Assembly (NCBI GenBank): GCA_049840735.1
Contig: JASGJN010000021.1
Coordinates: 192,001 to 256,000, forward strand
Direction of reading: 5' to 3'
Length of the DNA: 64,000 bases
Source: Anaeromyxobacter sp.
GTDB taxonomy: Bacteria; Myxococcota; Myxococcia; Myxococcales; Anaeromyxobacteraceae
Under the pieces are notes generated by a model. That model had not been told where the DNA came from, searched no databases, and saw nothing but the letters and a program-made list of their open reading frames with translations. The first letter of the stretch is position 1, and each line of letters opens with the position of its first letter. Below, one piece after another: positions 1 through 9,487 of the stretch. The position numbers and the translations under genes are program-made.

Positions 1-651
1 GAACCTGGCGAGCGCCTTGATCGTCTGGGGAGGTACCCAGCGAACCGCGATCGCGAGCAGCGAACCCAGCGACAGCGTGTCGACCCTGCATGGGGTGAAG
101 CCATACACGTAGTCGCCCGAGATGCCCCGCGTCAGGAGAAGCCAGCGGAGCGCGGGAGCCGCGAGAATGAGGGCCCCGAGGACGAACACGAGACCTCTCC
201 GGCGCAGAAGCCAGACCAGGAGCGGCCACAGGACATAGAACTGCTCCTCCACCGCAAGCGACCAGGCGACGCTCAAGATGCTGGGCGCCGGACCTCGGGG
301 AACGAGGTTCTGGACGTAGAGCAGGTACTCCCAGATCGGAGTCGCCGCCGTGTCGAAGCGGAGGGCGGGGACCCGGGGCGCGACGGCGAAGACGAAGAAG
401 AGCCAGGCGAGGTAGAGCGGAAGGATCCGGAGTGCCCGCCGAGCGTAGAAGTTCCGGAAGAAGTGCGGATCGTCGCGAGTGTCGAGAAGGATCCCGGTGA
501 TCAGAAACCCGGAGAGGACGAAGAAGAGATCGACCCCCATCCAGCCAAACGGAATCACGAGCCGGAGCGGGGAATGGATGGACAGGACCAGGAGCACGGC
601 AAGGCCCCGGGCGCCGTCGAGCTCGGGGAGATGACCACCGTAGGTCAGCAC
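1..651 (-). CDS. Acyltransferase family 3 (OafA/YrhL-like), runs off the window edge
   Basis: Manual minus-strand translation gives LPELDGARGLAVLLV...GWMGVDLFFVLSGFLIT...FYARRALRILPLY, the typical family motifs. The GTG start at 651 is tentative. Confidence 0.85.
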   Translation of the reverse strand, partial: MLTYGGHLPELDGARGLAVLLVLSIHSPLRLVIPFGWMGVDLFFVLSGFLITGILLDTRDDPHFFRNFYARRALRILPLYLAWLFFVFAVAPRVPALRFDTAATPIWEYLLYVQNLVPRGPAPSILSVAWSLAVEEQFYVLWPLLVWLLRRRGLVFVLGALILAAPALRWLLLTRGISGDYVYGFTPCRVDTLSLGSLLAIAVRWVPPQTIKALARF

Positions 652-738
652 CCCGGCACGCGAAAGCTCCGACGTGCACGCCTCCTCCGGGCGGAGCGTT
701 GGTCGCGGCGTTGTCGTCACGGGTGATCCTGTGGTCGC

Positions 739-2037
739 GTGGAGGAGCCCCAGCCTGATGGCGAGCGTCGCGATCAAGTTACCAGAGGAGTGGAGGACCT
801 GGCAGGTGCGAGCGGACCAGGTGCCTGGCCGGTTTGGGCGCGCGCACGGAATGCGATAACCTTTGCCGTGCCTTCGCTCCCGCTCGCCAGGTTTCGGTCC
901 CTTGACGCCGTCCGGGCGCTGGCCGCGGTGAGCGTGCTGGTGACGCACTGGTCGGGCTGGTTCCTCACGCCACCGGACGACGCGCTGTCCTGGCTGGCGG
1001 CGAGGTGGAACGAGCTCTTCGCCGCCGTGTTCTGGGCGGCACGAGGTATCCACCCTGGCGTGGTCGTCTTCATCGTGCTGAGCGGCTTCTGCATTCATCT
1101 GCCACAGGCCCGGCGCACTAGTGCCCTGCCGGACCGGTCCTTCTGGAAGACGTATGCCCGGCGCCGGGCGCTCCGGATCCTGCCGGTCTACTGGGTGGGC
1201 GTGGTGCTGGGTGCGCTGGCACTGATCGTCGTGACGGCGATGGGCGTCGCGTCGGCCTCACCCTTCGCGGACACGAGCTGGTCGCCAGGAGACCTCACCG
1301 CACGCCTGCTGCTCGCAAACGGCGTGCGCCCGGGACCCGATCTCGGGAACGGTCCGCTGGATACGGTCGCCGCAGAGGCCGTCCTCTACTGCGTCTACCC
1401 CGTGCTGCTCGCACTCCGGCGCCGCTGGGGCTGGAAGAGCGTGTTCGCGATGAGTGCGCTGCTCCAGGGCATCGCCGTATTGGCACTGCGGTCGGGTTGG
1501 GAGCCTCGCTGGATCGGTGCAAGCGCCCTCACCTTCCATCTCTACTGGGCCATGGGGGCACTCGCGGCAGAACGCTTCTGCCGGGCGGATCCCGCCCGGC
1601 ACGCGAGGCCGTGGTCGGTCCTGGTGTTTGGCTTCTATCTCGTGGTGGCCCACGTCGTCAGGGTCCGGGGCGCCCACCTTGTCGCGACCGCGGTCCTGGG
1701 ACTGGCTGCCGCGTTCGCGCTGTACGAGCTGATGGTCCTTGAGCGCACGCGCCAGGCGGGCGCGCCCATGAAGGCGCTCGCGTGGATCGGCGAGCGGAGC
1801 TACAGCCTCTACGCCATCCACGCACCGCTCCTGGTGGTCACCTGGGTGCTGCTGGCAACGGCTGGCCTGCCCCCTTCGCTGGCCCGCCCTGCGCTCCTCG
1901 TGGCGGTGCTGGCGGGGACGCTGCTGACGTACGCGTGCGTGGAAAGCCCGTCGCACCGCTGGGCAAAGGGGCCCATGCGCAGCGAGGCGTCGACGCCGCT
2001 GAACGGAGAAGCCGCGGGCGCTCCGCGACTACGCTGA
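739..2037 (+). CDS. Acyltransferase family 3, multi-pass membrane protein
   Basis: LDAVRALAAVSVLVTH, GVVVFIVLSGF, RRALRILPVYW and IGERSYSLYAIH motifs. The true start may be further downstream. Confidence 0.85.
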   Translation: MEEPQPDGERRDQVTRGVEDLAGASGPGAWPVWARARNAITFAVPSLPLARFRSLDAVRALAAVSVLVTHWSGWFLTPPDDALSWLAARWNELFAAVFWAARGIHPGVVVFIVLSGFCIHLPQARRTSALPDRSFWKTYARRRALRILPVYWVGVVLGALALIVVTAMGVASASPFADTSWSPGDLTARLLLANGVRPGPDLGNGPLDTVAAEAVLYCVYPVLLALRRRWGWKSVFAMSALLQGIAVLALRSGWEPRWIGASALTFHLYWAMGALAAERFCRADPARHARPWSVLVFGFYLVVAHVVRVRGAHLVATAVLGLAAAFALYELMVLERTRQAGAPMKALAWIGERSYSLYAIHAPLLVVTWVLLATAGLPPSLARPALLVAVLAGTLLTYACVESPSHRWAKGPMRSEASTPLNGEAAGAPRLR

Positions 2038-2940
2038 GGCCTTCGAGGCGTACACGACGGCGCGTCGCAGGTAGGGTGGTTCGAGCACCTGGGAGTGCAC
2101 GATCACGTAGCCGCGAGACGGAGCGACGCGGCATCCCATGGAGGCGAGGGTCCTCGACAAGGTTTCGAAGTCACCCTGCCGATGGTAGGTGCACACCGAG
2201 AGTGCCAGCCGCGGCGCACTCTGGATGAGCCTTCGTGCCCCGGCCAGGACTTCGTGTTCCCCGCCCTCTACATCGGCCTGGATGAAGTCGGGAACGTCAG
2301 CCTGGACGCGGAAGAAGTCGTCCAGTGATACGGCCCCCGGCCGCGACTGGGCGCCCACGAATGCACTGACGATCTCGACGCGGTCGCGCCATGGAGAGAG
2401 CGTTCGAGCCAGCGGCTCCTGCCACTTCGGGTCTGGCTCGAAGACCCAGAGCCTTCGCAGCGAGGGAAGGATCGAGAGCGCGAATATCCCGTCGGAGGCC
2501 CCGATGAGCACGGCAGCATCACCCGTCGCGGGACACCCCGGCCCGTGCCGGTACCTGTGGGGCGAGCGCTCGTCCTGTTCGTAGAGCGCCTCGGCAACGG
2601 CGAAGCGCACCGCCGGAGCCGTGTAGTGCGCAGGGAAGTAGACCCGCTGACCGCGGACCACCGCGTACGGGAGACGGTCCTCGACTCCGGTCTCGACGTC
2701 CGCTGCGAGGTAGTCGCCCACCCACGCGTACGGGATCATCCGCAGCGGGCCGGCCTGGAGGGCCTCCACGACCTCACGGACCTCAGGGTCACTCGCTCCC
2801 CGGTGCAGATGAACGATGTCCCTGGCCAGCACTCCGGCCTGTACCCGCAGCCGGTGGTGATGGTAGCGGATGTGAAGCGCCTGGAGCCCTGGGACGGCCT
2901 TGAGGGCTCGCTTCATGGCTGCGAGCGCAGAGCCTGACAC
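2029..2940 (-). CDS. FkbM-family methyltransferase
   Basis: IGASDGIF, VFEPD, SLDDFF and FIQADVEGGEHEVLAG motifs, plus a C-terminal VCTYH. The start may be the ATG at 2916. Confidence 0.75.
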   Translation of the reverse strand: MSGSALAAMKRALKAVPGLQALHIRYHHHRLRVQAGVLARDIVHLHRGASDPEVREVVEALQAGPLRMIPYAWVGDYLAADVETGVEDRLPYAVVRGQRVYFPAHYTAPAVRFAVAEALYEQDERSPHRYRHGPGCPATGDAAVLIGASDGIFALSILPSLRRLWVFEPDPKWQEPLARTLSPWRDRVEIVSAFVGAQSRPGAVSLDDFFRVQADVPDFIQADVEGGEHEVLAGARRLIQSAPRLALSVCTYHRQGDFETLSRTLASMGCRVAPSRGYVIVHSQVLEPPYLRRAVVYASKASA

Positions 2941-3018
2941 GGTGGGAACGTATCACGGGACCGTTCCAGCGGCCCACCTGGCCCCGCGCGAGCATCCCGT
3001 GCCCGCTTGGCGCCACCA

Positions 3019-3426
3019 TCAAGTTGGCGGGAACGGCGCCTTTGCCCGCTCCACGCTGGCCACGGGGGCTCGAGGTCGCTCCTGGCAGGCCCGGAGGGTG
3101 AGCGCGAAGAGCGCGCCGAGCACGAGTGCAACCACGACGCGGGCCCCATGGCGCTTCCGATCGCGCTCGCGACGCCGATGATCGCGCGCCTCGACCGGCC
3201 GCCGTGTGACCCCCTGCGAGGAGCCAGCTTCCTGCGGATAGGGCCAGTGCCAGCCTCGCCGGCGGCATACCCCGCAAGAGTGGAAGCGGATCGGTGTGAT
3301 CTTCCGCAGGAAGCGCTCGAAAGGCGTGTGCGCGCGCGACCGGCGGATCCGCCGGGATCCGCAGTGGGCGCAGCGAGGCCCGCTCGGTGATGCTGCGGTG
3401 TCCCGATCCACGGTCACGCTCCCCAT
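3019..3426 (-). CDS. Small zinc-ribbon protein with a C-terminal transmembrane helix
   Basis: CAHCGSRRIRRS...CGVCRRRGWH, then a basic stretch and the hydrophobic VVVALVLGALFAL. Paralog of the neighbouring gene. Confidence 0.65.
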   Translation of the reverse strand: MGSVTVDRDTAASPSGPRCAHCGSRRIRRSRAHTPFERFLRKITPIRFHSCGVCRRRGWHWPYPQEAGSSQGVTRRPVEARDHRRRERDRKRHGARVVVALVLGALFALTLRACQERPRAPVASVERAKAPFPPT

Positions 3427-3514
3427 CGACGCCAAGGCCCTGACCGTCTCGCGGTCCGGGGGGCTGCGAGAGTAGGTCGGGGTGACCACACAGTCAACGC
3501 GGCGCCTCGGCCGT

Positions 3515-3889
3515 TCACTCTGCTGCAGGAGGAGTGACGAGCGCGGCGCGCTGCTGGCAACCATGCAGGTAGAAGGCAGCGCCCGTGCCCATGCCGAGCG
3601 CGATCACCAGCGACAGCAACGTCTGACGGCGGCGTCTCCACCGACTCGCCTGGTCGCGAGCCTCGACCTGCCGCGAGGCCAGACCTCGCTCCCGCTGATC
3701 CTGGGGAGCGAGCGCCAGCTCGCCTGTGTGCCACCCCCGATGGCCGCAGCCGCGGCAGAAGTGCAGGTGCAGCGGGGTGAGCTCGCGGATGCTGCGCTCC
3801 CACAGGCCGCGGGGCATCGACCGCCGGACATCACGGGATCCGCAACGGCGACAGACGAAGACGGCGGGGGGCGTGGCCTTGGCATCCAC
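3515..3889 (-). CDS. Small zinc-ribbon protein with a C-terminal transmembrane helix
   Basis: CRRCGSRDVRRS...CRGCGHRGWH, then RWRRRR and LLSLVIALGMGTGAAFYL. GTG at 3889 follows a GAGAAGGG RBS-like sequence. Confidence 0.65.
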   Translation of the reverse strand: MDAKATPPAVFVCRRCGSRDVRRSMPRGLWERSIRELTPLHLHFCRGCGHRGWHTGELALAPQDQRERGLASRQVEARDQASRWRRRRQTLLSLVIALGMGTGAAFYLHGCQQRAALVTPPAAE

Positions 3890-3903
3890 CGGGTGATCCC
3901 TTC

Positions 3904-6426
3904 TCACGGACCGGAGCCGGGAAGCAAGGGGTCGGGGTTCCCGAGAAGCCGGCGCCGCCGACGATCGGCTTCTGCCTCCGCCGCAGCTCGACGGGCCTGC
4001 TGGATGCGATCCTGGAATGAGGGCCGGCCCGCGAGCGCGGTGGCCCGCTCCAGGTGCTGGATGGCGTCGTCGTAGCGGTGGGCCTGCAGGCACAGGTCGG
4101 ACAGGAACACCAGCGGCCCAGCCTCGCCGGAGAGCATGGCCACGCCGCTCTCCGCGCGCCGGATGGCCTCGCCGATCCGGCCCTGGTCCCGGAGCGCGCG
4201 GGCCACGAGGAACTCGCGGTCCGCCGCCTCGCGGGTGTTCCCCGGCTGGATCCTCTCGGCCATCCGGATCGCCTCGGAGAAGCGGCCGGCACCACGTGCG
4301 CGATCAGAGAGGTAGGTGAGGAGCACCGACGATCCCGTGATCTGCTCTGCTCCTCGGCGGGCCTCCTCGAGCGCGTCGGCTGGCCGGCCGAGGCGCTCCA
4401 GTGCGTCGGCCGCGACGCGGTAAGCCTGCGGGTCCGCAGGAGGGAGCGCCTGCCGCGCGCGCGCGGCGTCAAGCGCGCCCAGTGGGTCTCCAGACGCCAA
4501 CGAGGCGACGGCCAGCGAACCCAGGGCGCGCGGCTCGAAGTAGGTGTCGTATGCCATGCGGAAGACTTCTCTCGCGGCGGCGGGCTCACGGGTCAGCATG
4601 AGGTCCCCAAGCTCCATCAGTCCGTCGGGCGTCGGGAGTGCCACCTCCGCCAACGCCACGGGGCTACGCCACCACTCCGTTGCCTCCGCGAGCGCCATGG
4701 GGTCTTGAAGGGCCACGGCGAGCCGGTACTCGCGCCTGGCCTCCGGATCCCGGTGCAACGCGGCAAGGCACCTGCCGGCGAATCGGTGGGGCTCAGCGGC
4801 GGTCGGCGCCAGCAACATGGCCCGCTGGAGCCAGGCCAGCGCCTCCGGGCAGCGCCCCGCCGCCGCCAGGTGGGCGCCCGCCCTGGCCTGGGGGAGGTAG
4901 TCCGCCGGGCGCCAGCGCGCCACGCGAGCGCTCCAGGCCAGCGTGCCGTCGAGCCCGGCCGTCGGTGTGCTGTCCCGCTCGGCCCCGGCTCGCCGGCCGG
5001 CCATCGCCATCCCGAGCCCAGCAGCCACGCAGGCTCCCAGCGCGGCCGCGAGCCCAAGCCTCCTCCAACCCTGGGAGAGACACTCCCGCTCCGGCTCGGC
5101 CAGGAGGCCGAGCGCCACGCCGAAGGCGACGAGCGTGGCCGGCAACTCGAAGGAGAAGTCGGCGACCTCGTGAATGAGCAACGATGCCACACCGGCCAGC
5201 AGCGCTGCGTGCGACGGGGGTCTGTCGCGAGCGAACACGGCGCGGGCCAGGATCCAGGCCACGCCGGCGAGGAAGAGCACCCCGCCGGGCAGGCCCAGCT
5301 CGATGACGAGCTGCAGCCACTCGTTCTCGAGGTGCGTGTACGTGACCGGCGCCTCGTCGCGCTTGTACGCAGGGAAGCTCGTCTCGAAGGCGCTCCGGCC
5401 GATGCCGACGACCGGAAAGTCACCGACCATCCGTGCAGCGGGCGCCCACAGGCGGATCTTCGAATCTTCCGGCGCGGCCACGACGGACCGGAGCTCCCCC
5501 ACGATTGGCGTGGCCGCCAGGTAGGCCGAGGCCGCGACGCCGGCCACGAGCGCGCAGGGAATCGCCCACTGGAGCAGAGCGTTCCGTGACCAGGAGGCGT
5601 CGCGCCGTGCAGCCGCGCGCCTGGCCATCCAGAAGACCACCACTCCGGCCATGAACGCCGCAATTCCCCCTCGAGAGAGCGAGAGAAGGACCGCGGCTGT
5701 CGAGGCCGCGAATACGACCAGCCAGGCGCCGCGGTGCTCCCTCGATTCGAGGGCCATGCCCAGCGCGGCAAAGGCAGTGAGGCCGAGGAAGCCGGCGACA
5801 TGGTTGGCGTTGACCAAGGGGAATGTCGGCGCCAGCAGCTGGGTCCAGCCGAGCAGGGCGCCAAAGAGCATGGTCGCCACGACCAGCGCGGCGCCGCTGG
5901 CCAGGCCAGAGAGGATCAATCGTCGGCGGCGCCCCGTGTTGGCGAAGCTGGCGGCGGCCCAGAACGCAGCCACGAACGCAACCCCGAGCATGACGCCGCG
6001 GCCTGTCGCCGCCGGCTCCAACGAAAGCGCTCGGGCCGCAGGGTACGCGCCGAGCGGCGCCAGGGACGAGCGGAAGAGCTGGTCGGTGCTTGGCGAAAGC
6101 AACGCGATCCAGGACGGCGGGAGCGGGATCAGCTGCAGGGCGCTCACCAGCGGCAGCGCCAGGAGCGGCAGCAGCTGTATCGGCGCGCCCCGACGCGCGG
6201 CCATCGCAGCCACCGCACAACCAAGCAGGACCACGGCCAGCGCGGTCTCGAGGAGGAGCCGCGGGCGGCCACCGAGGAGCGCCAGGCTCGCGCAGAGCAA
6301 CGCGACGATCCCGCTGGCCGCGAAGGACGACCGGGTGCGCCCTGGGTATGACTCACGGCTTCGAGGCAAGCGCTCCCATCCTAGCGGTGGTGCATCTTGC
6401 GACGCCAGGGGCCGGCTCGACTTCAA
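3904..6426 (-). CDS. O-antigen ligase-like (Wzy_C) membrane protein with C-terminal TPR repeats
   Basis: Many TM helices, N-A-N-H, SLSRGG, GIGRSAF and HLENEWLQ motifs, followed by TPR-like helices. Confidence 0.8.
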   Translation of the reverse strand: MKSSRPLASQDAPPLGWERLPRSRESYPGRTRSSFAASGIVALLCASLALLGGRPRLLLETALAVVLLGCAVAAMAARRGAPIQLLPLLALPLVSALQLIPLPPSWIALLSPSTDQLFRSSLAPLGAYPAARALSLEPAATGRGVMLGVAFVAAFWAAASFANTGRRRRLILSGLASGAALVVATMLFGALLGWTQLLAPTFPLVNANHVAGFLGLTAFAALGMALESREHRGAWLVVFAASTAAVLLSLSRGGIAAFMAGVVVFWMARRAAARRDASWSRNALLQWAIPCALVAGVAASAYLAATPIVGELRSVVAAPEDSKIRLWAPAARMVGDFPVVGIGRSAFETSFPAYKRDEAPVTYTHLENEWLQLVIELGLPGGVLFLAGVAWILARAVFARDRPPSHAALLAGVASLLIHEVADFSFELPATLVAFGVALGLLAEPERECLSQGWRRLGLAAALGACVAAGLGMAMAGRRAGAERDSTPTAGLDGTLAWSARVARWRPADYLPQARAGAHLAAAGRCPEALAWLQRAMLLAPTAAEPHRFAGRCLAALHRDPEARREYRLAVALQDPMALAEATEWWRSPVALAEVALPTPDGLMELGDLMLTREPAAAREVFRMAYDTYFEPRALGSLAVASLASGDPLGALDAARARQALPPADPQAYRVAADALERLGRPADALEEARRGAEQITGSSVLLTYLSDRARGAGRFSEAIRMAERIQPGNTREAADREFLVARALRDQGRIGEAIRRAESGVAMLSGEAGPLVFLSDLCLQAHRYDDAIQHLERATALAGRPSFQDRIQQARRAAAEAEADRRRRRLLGNPDPLLPGSGP

Positions 6427-6496
6427 GTGCCGATTCTTCTAGGATTCTCGCCCCGAGCGGCCACCCCGCCCCCTGCGCAGCGACCCCAAGGAGCCC

Positions 6497-8701
6497 ATGG
6501 CTGCAGAGCAGAGCGAACCCCGCGAGACCGAGTCACTCGACCTTCACGCGTACTGGCGCACGATCGTCCGCCGGCGGTGGATGATCGTCCCGTTCTTCCT
6601 GGCCACGGTCGCGGTGACGGCGTTCGTCACGCTGCGCCAGACCAAGATCTACGACGCGACCTGCACCATCGTGATCGACCTCGCGGCGCCCCGGGTTCTG
6701 GAGAAGGAGCAGGTCCAGGACGTGGTGGAGTCCGGCACCGGTGGCTACTGGTACAGCCGCGAGTACTACGAGACACAGTACAAGGTCATCGCCAGCCGAG
6801 CGGTCGCCCAGCGCGTCGCGGACAGACTCCAGCTGGCGACCAATGCTCGATTCCTTGGCGTGCCGGAGGGGAGCGTCGGCCCGGGCAATCCCGCTCGCGA
6901 TCCAGTCGGGCTCTTGCAGAAGGGGCTGAAGATCGAGCCCGTGAAGGAGTCGCGGATCGTGCGGCTGCGATTCGAAGACCCGGATCCGGCCTTGGCAGCG
7001 CAGATAGCGAACGGGTTCGCCGAGGCGTATATCGCCGAGAACCTCTCGGTCAAGACCACGACCACCGCCAGCGCCTCCGAGTGGCTGGAGGAGCAGCTGG
7101 CCGAGCTGGAGCAGAAGCTCGACGAGAGCGGCAAGGCGCTGTTCGACTTCAAGAAGGCGCACGACATCGTCGCCGCCACCTGGGATGACCGGCAGGGCAT
7201 GGTCAGCCAGCGCATGACCGCCATCAACGACGCGCTCACGAAGGCCCGGGTGCGCAAGGCTGAGCTGGAGGCGCGCAACCAGTCGGTCGACGCTCTTGCC
7301 GCTGCGCTCGCCCAGGATCGGCTGGACGCCATCGCCAACGAGCTTCAGCTCCTGAACGTCAACCCCGCGATCGAGAACCTCAAGCTCAAGTACTATGACG
7401 TGGCGACCGAGTGCGCCGACCTGAAGGTGAAGTACCTGCAGGACCATCCCAAGCTGGAGGCCTGCGAGCAGAAGCGGGCGCTCATCAAGGCGGGGCTCGA
7501 GCGCGAGGTCAAGGGCACCCTCGACGCGGCTCGGAGCGAGTATCAGGAGGTCTCGCGCTCGGAGCGAAACCTCACCAAGCTGCTGGACGACGCCAAGGCC
7601 GATGCGTTCGGACTGAATCAGTACGAGCGCGACTATCTCGAACTCAAGCGGTCCTATGACAACAACCAGCGGCTCTACGAGCTGGTCCTGAAGCGCCTGA
7701 AGGACACGAGCGTCACCGGCATGTTGCAGGTGTCCAACGTCCGTATCCTGGATCGTGCGCGGCCCGGCGCAGCGCCGGTCCGTCCGTCGCCCAGGAAGAA
7801 CATCGGGCTGGCCATCATCCTGGGCATCATCGGAGGGATCGCGCTGGCCTTCGCCGCGGAAGCCGTCGACACCAGCATCACGAGCCAGGAGCAGATCGAG
7901 GAGAAGCTCGGCCTCACCTTCCTGGGCATCGTGCCGCGCATCCCTCCCAACAAGGATGGCACGCCGCAAGACCTCATCGTCCATACCCAGCCCAAGTCCG
8001 CCGCGGCGGAGTGTGTTCGGGCGGTGCGGACCAACCTCCTCTTCATGTCGCCGGAGAAGCCGCTTCGGACCATCCTCGTCACCTCCAGCGGCCCGCAGGA
8101 GGGGAAGACAACCACGGTCACCTCCCTCGCAGTGACCATGACCACGAGCGGCAACCGGGTCCTGATCGTGGACGCGGACATGCGCCGGCCCCGCCTCCAC
8201 CGCATCTTCGGGGTCAAGAGCGAGGTGGGGCTCTCGTCGCTCATCCTGGGCGAGGGATCCATCGACGAAGCGGTCATCGAGACCGCCATCCCGAATCTGT
8301 CGATCCTGCCGTGCGGCCCCGTGCCCCCCAACCCGGCGGAACTGCTCCACACGGCCTCGTTCGCCCGGCTGTTGAACGCGCTGGCCGAGCGATATGACCG
8401 GATCATCCTGGACTCCCCGCCCGTCGGCGTGGTCGCGGATGCAGTCGTGATCTCCACGCGCGTGGACGGTGCGCTGGTGGTGCTCAAGGCCGGTACCACC
8501 TCGCGCGAGGTCGCGCGGCAGTCCGTTCGCCAGTTGCGGGACGTCAACGCGCCCCTGTTCGGCGCGGTGCTCAACGACCTGGATCTGGAAGACCAGAAGT
8601 ACGGTCAGTACTCCTACTACTACCGGTACGGCTACTACTACGGCGACAGTCGCCGCGACGACAAGGGTGGCCGTGCGGACGCCGGCCCTACCGCGGCCTG
8701 A
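6497..8701 (+). CDS. wzc: Polysaccharide co-polymerase with fused BY-kinase (Wzc/GumC)
   Basis: Two TM segments around a coiled coil, Walker A GPQEGKTT, DADMRRP, IILDSPP and a C-terminal Tyr cluster YGQYSYYYRYGYYY. Confidence 0.93.
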   Translation: MAAEQSEPRETESLDLHAYWRTIVRRRWMIVPFFLATVAVTAFVTLRQTKIYDATCTIVIDLAAPRVLEKEQVQDVVESGTGGYWYSREYYETQYKVIASRAVAQRVADRLQLATNARFLGVPEGSVGPGNPARDPVGLLQKGLKIEPVKESRIVRLRFEDPDPALAAQIANGFAEAYIAENLSVKTTTTASASEWLEEQLAELEQKLDESGKALFDFKKAHDIVAATWDDRQGMVSQRMTAINDALTKARVRKAELEARNQSVDALAAALAQDRLDAIANELQLLNVNPAIENLKLKYYDVATECADLKVKYLQDHPKLEACEQKRALIKAGLEREVKGTLDAARSEYQEVSRSERNLTKLLDDAKADAFGLNQYERDYLELKRSYDNNQRLYELVLKRLKDTSVTGMLQVSNVRILDRARPGAAPVRPSPRKNIGLAIILGIIGGIALAFAAEAVDTSITSQEQIEEKLGLTFLGIVPRIPPNKDGTPQDLIVHTQPKSAAAECVRAVRTNLLFMSPEKPLRTILVTSSGPQEGKTTTVTSLAVTMTTSGNRVLIVDADMRRPRLHRIFGVKSEVGLSSLILGEGSIDEAVIETAIPNLSILPCGPVPPNPAELLHTASFARLLNALAERYDRIILDSPPVGVVADAVVISTRVDGALVVLKAGTTSREVARQSVRQLRDVNAPLFGAVLNDLDLEDQKYGQYSYYYRYGYYYGDSRRDDKGGRADAGPTAA

Positions 8702-8713
8702 GGTAGCGACGCG

Positions 8714-9487
8714 ATGAAGGCGGTGATCCTGTGCGGTGGTCAGGGAACGCGGATTCGCGACGCCAGCGAGCTGCTTCCGAAGCCCATGCTTCCCATCGGC
8801 GGAAAGCCCATCGTCTGGCACATCATGAAGGGCTACGCCCAGCACGGGGTGGATCGTTTCGTGCTCTGCCTGGGGCACAAGGGCTGGCTGATCAAGGAGT
8901 TCTTCCTGAACTACCGGGCCATGACCGCCGACCTCACCGTGACGCTGGGGGCTCCCGACCTCGAGCTCCATGGGCGCTCCGACGAGGATGGGTGGCAGGT
9001 CACGCTGGCCGAGACCGGCGAGCTCACGCAGACAGCCGGTCGGATCGCCGCGATCAAGCGGTACGTGGGTGACGAGGAGCTGTTCCTGCTCACGTACGGT
9101 GACGGCGTCTCGGACGTTGACGTCCGCGCCACGGTGGAGTTCCACCGGCGACACGGGAAGATCGCCACCGTCACCGCGGTGCGGCCGCCCGGTCGATTCG
9201 GCGAGCTGCGAGTCGTCGCCGGGAAGGTCACGGAGTTCAACGAGAAGCCGCAGGCCTCCGAGGGCTTCATCAGCGGCGGCTTCTTCGTGCTGGACGCGCG
9301 TCGGGTATGGCCGTTCCTGACCGGTGACGTCCCCTTCGAGCGTGAGCCCCTGCAGGCCCTGGCTCGGGCTGGTGAACTCGTGGCCTACCAGCACCCGGGA
9401 TTCTGGCAGCCGATGGACACGGCGCGCGAGTACGCGCTCCTCAACGAGCTGTGGGCAGCAAACCGCGCGCCCTGGAAGACCTGGTGA
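8714..9487 (+). CDS. rfbF: Glucose-1-phosphate cytidylyltransferase
   Basis: KAVILCGGQGTRI, PKPM, LTYGDGVSD and GFWQPMDT motifs. Confidence 0.93.
   Translation: MKAVILCGGQGTRIRDASELLPKPMLPIGGKPIVWHIMKGYAQHGVDRFVLCLGHKGWLIKEFFLNYRAMTADLTVTLGAPDLELHGRSDEDGWQVTLAETGELTQTAGRIAAIKRYVGDEELFLLTYGDGVSDVDVRATVEFHRRHGKIATVTAVRPPGRFGELRVVAGKVTEFNEKPQASEGFISGGFFVLDARRVWPFLTGDVPFEREPLQALARAGELVAYQHPGFWQPMDTAREYALLNELWAANRAPWKTW

Noticed and set aside
6380..6402. Sigma54 promoter upstream of wzc
   Set aside because: The GG-to-GC spacing is 8 or 11 nt rather than the required 10.
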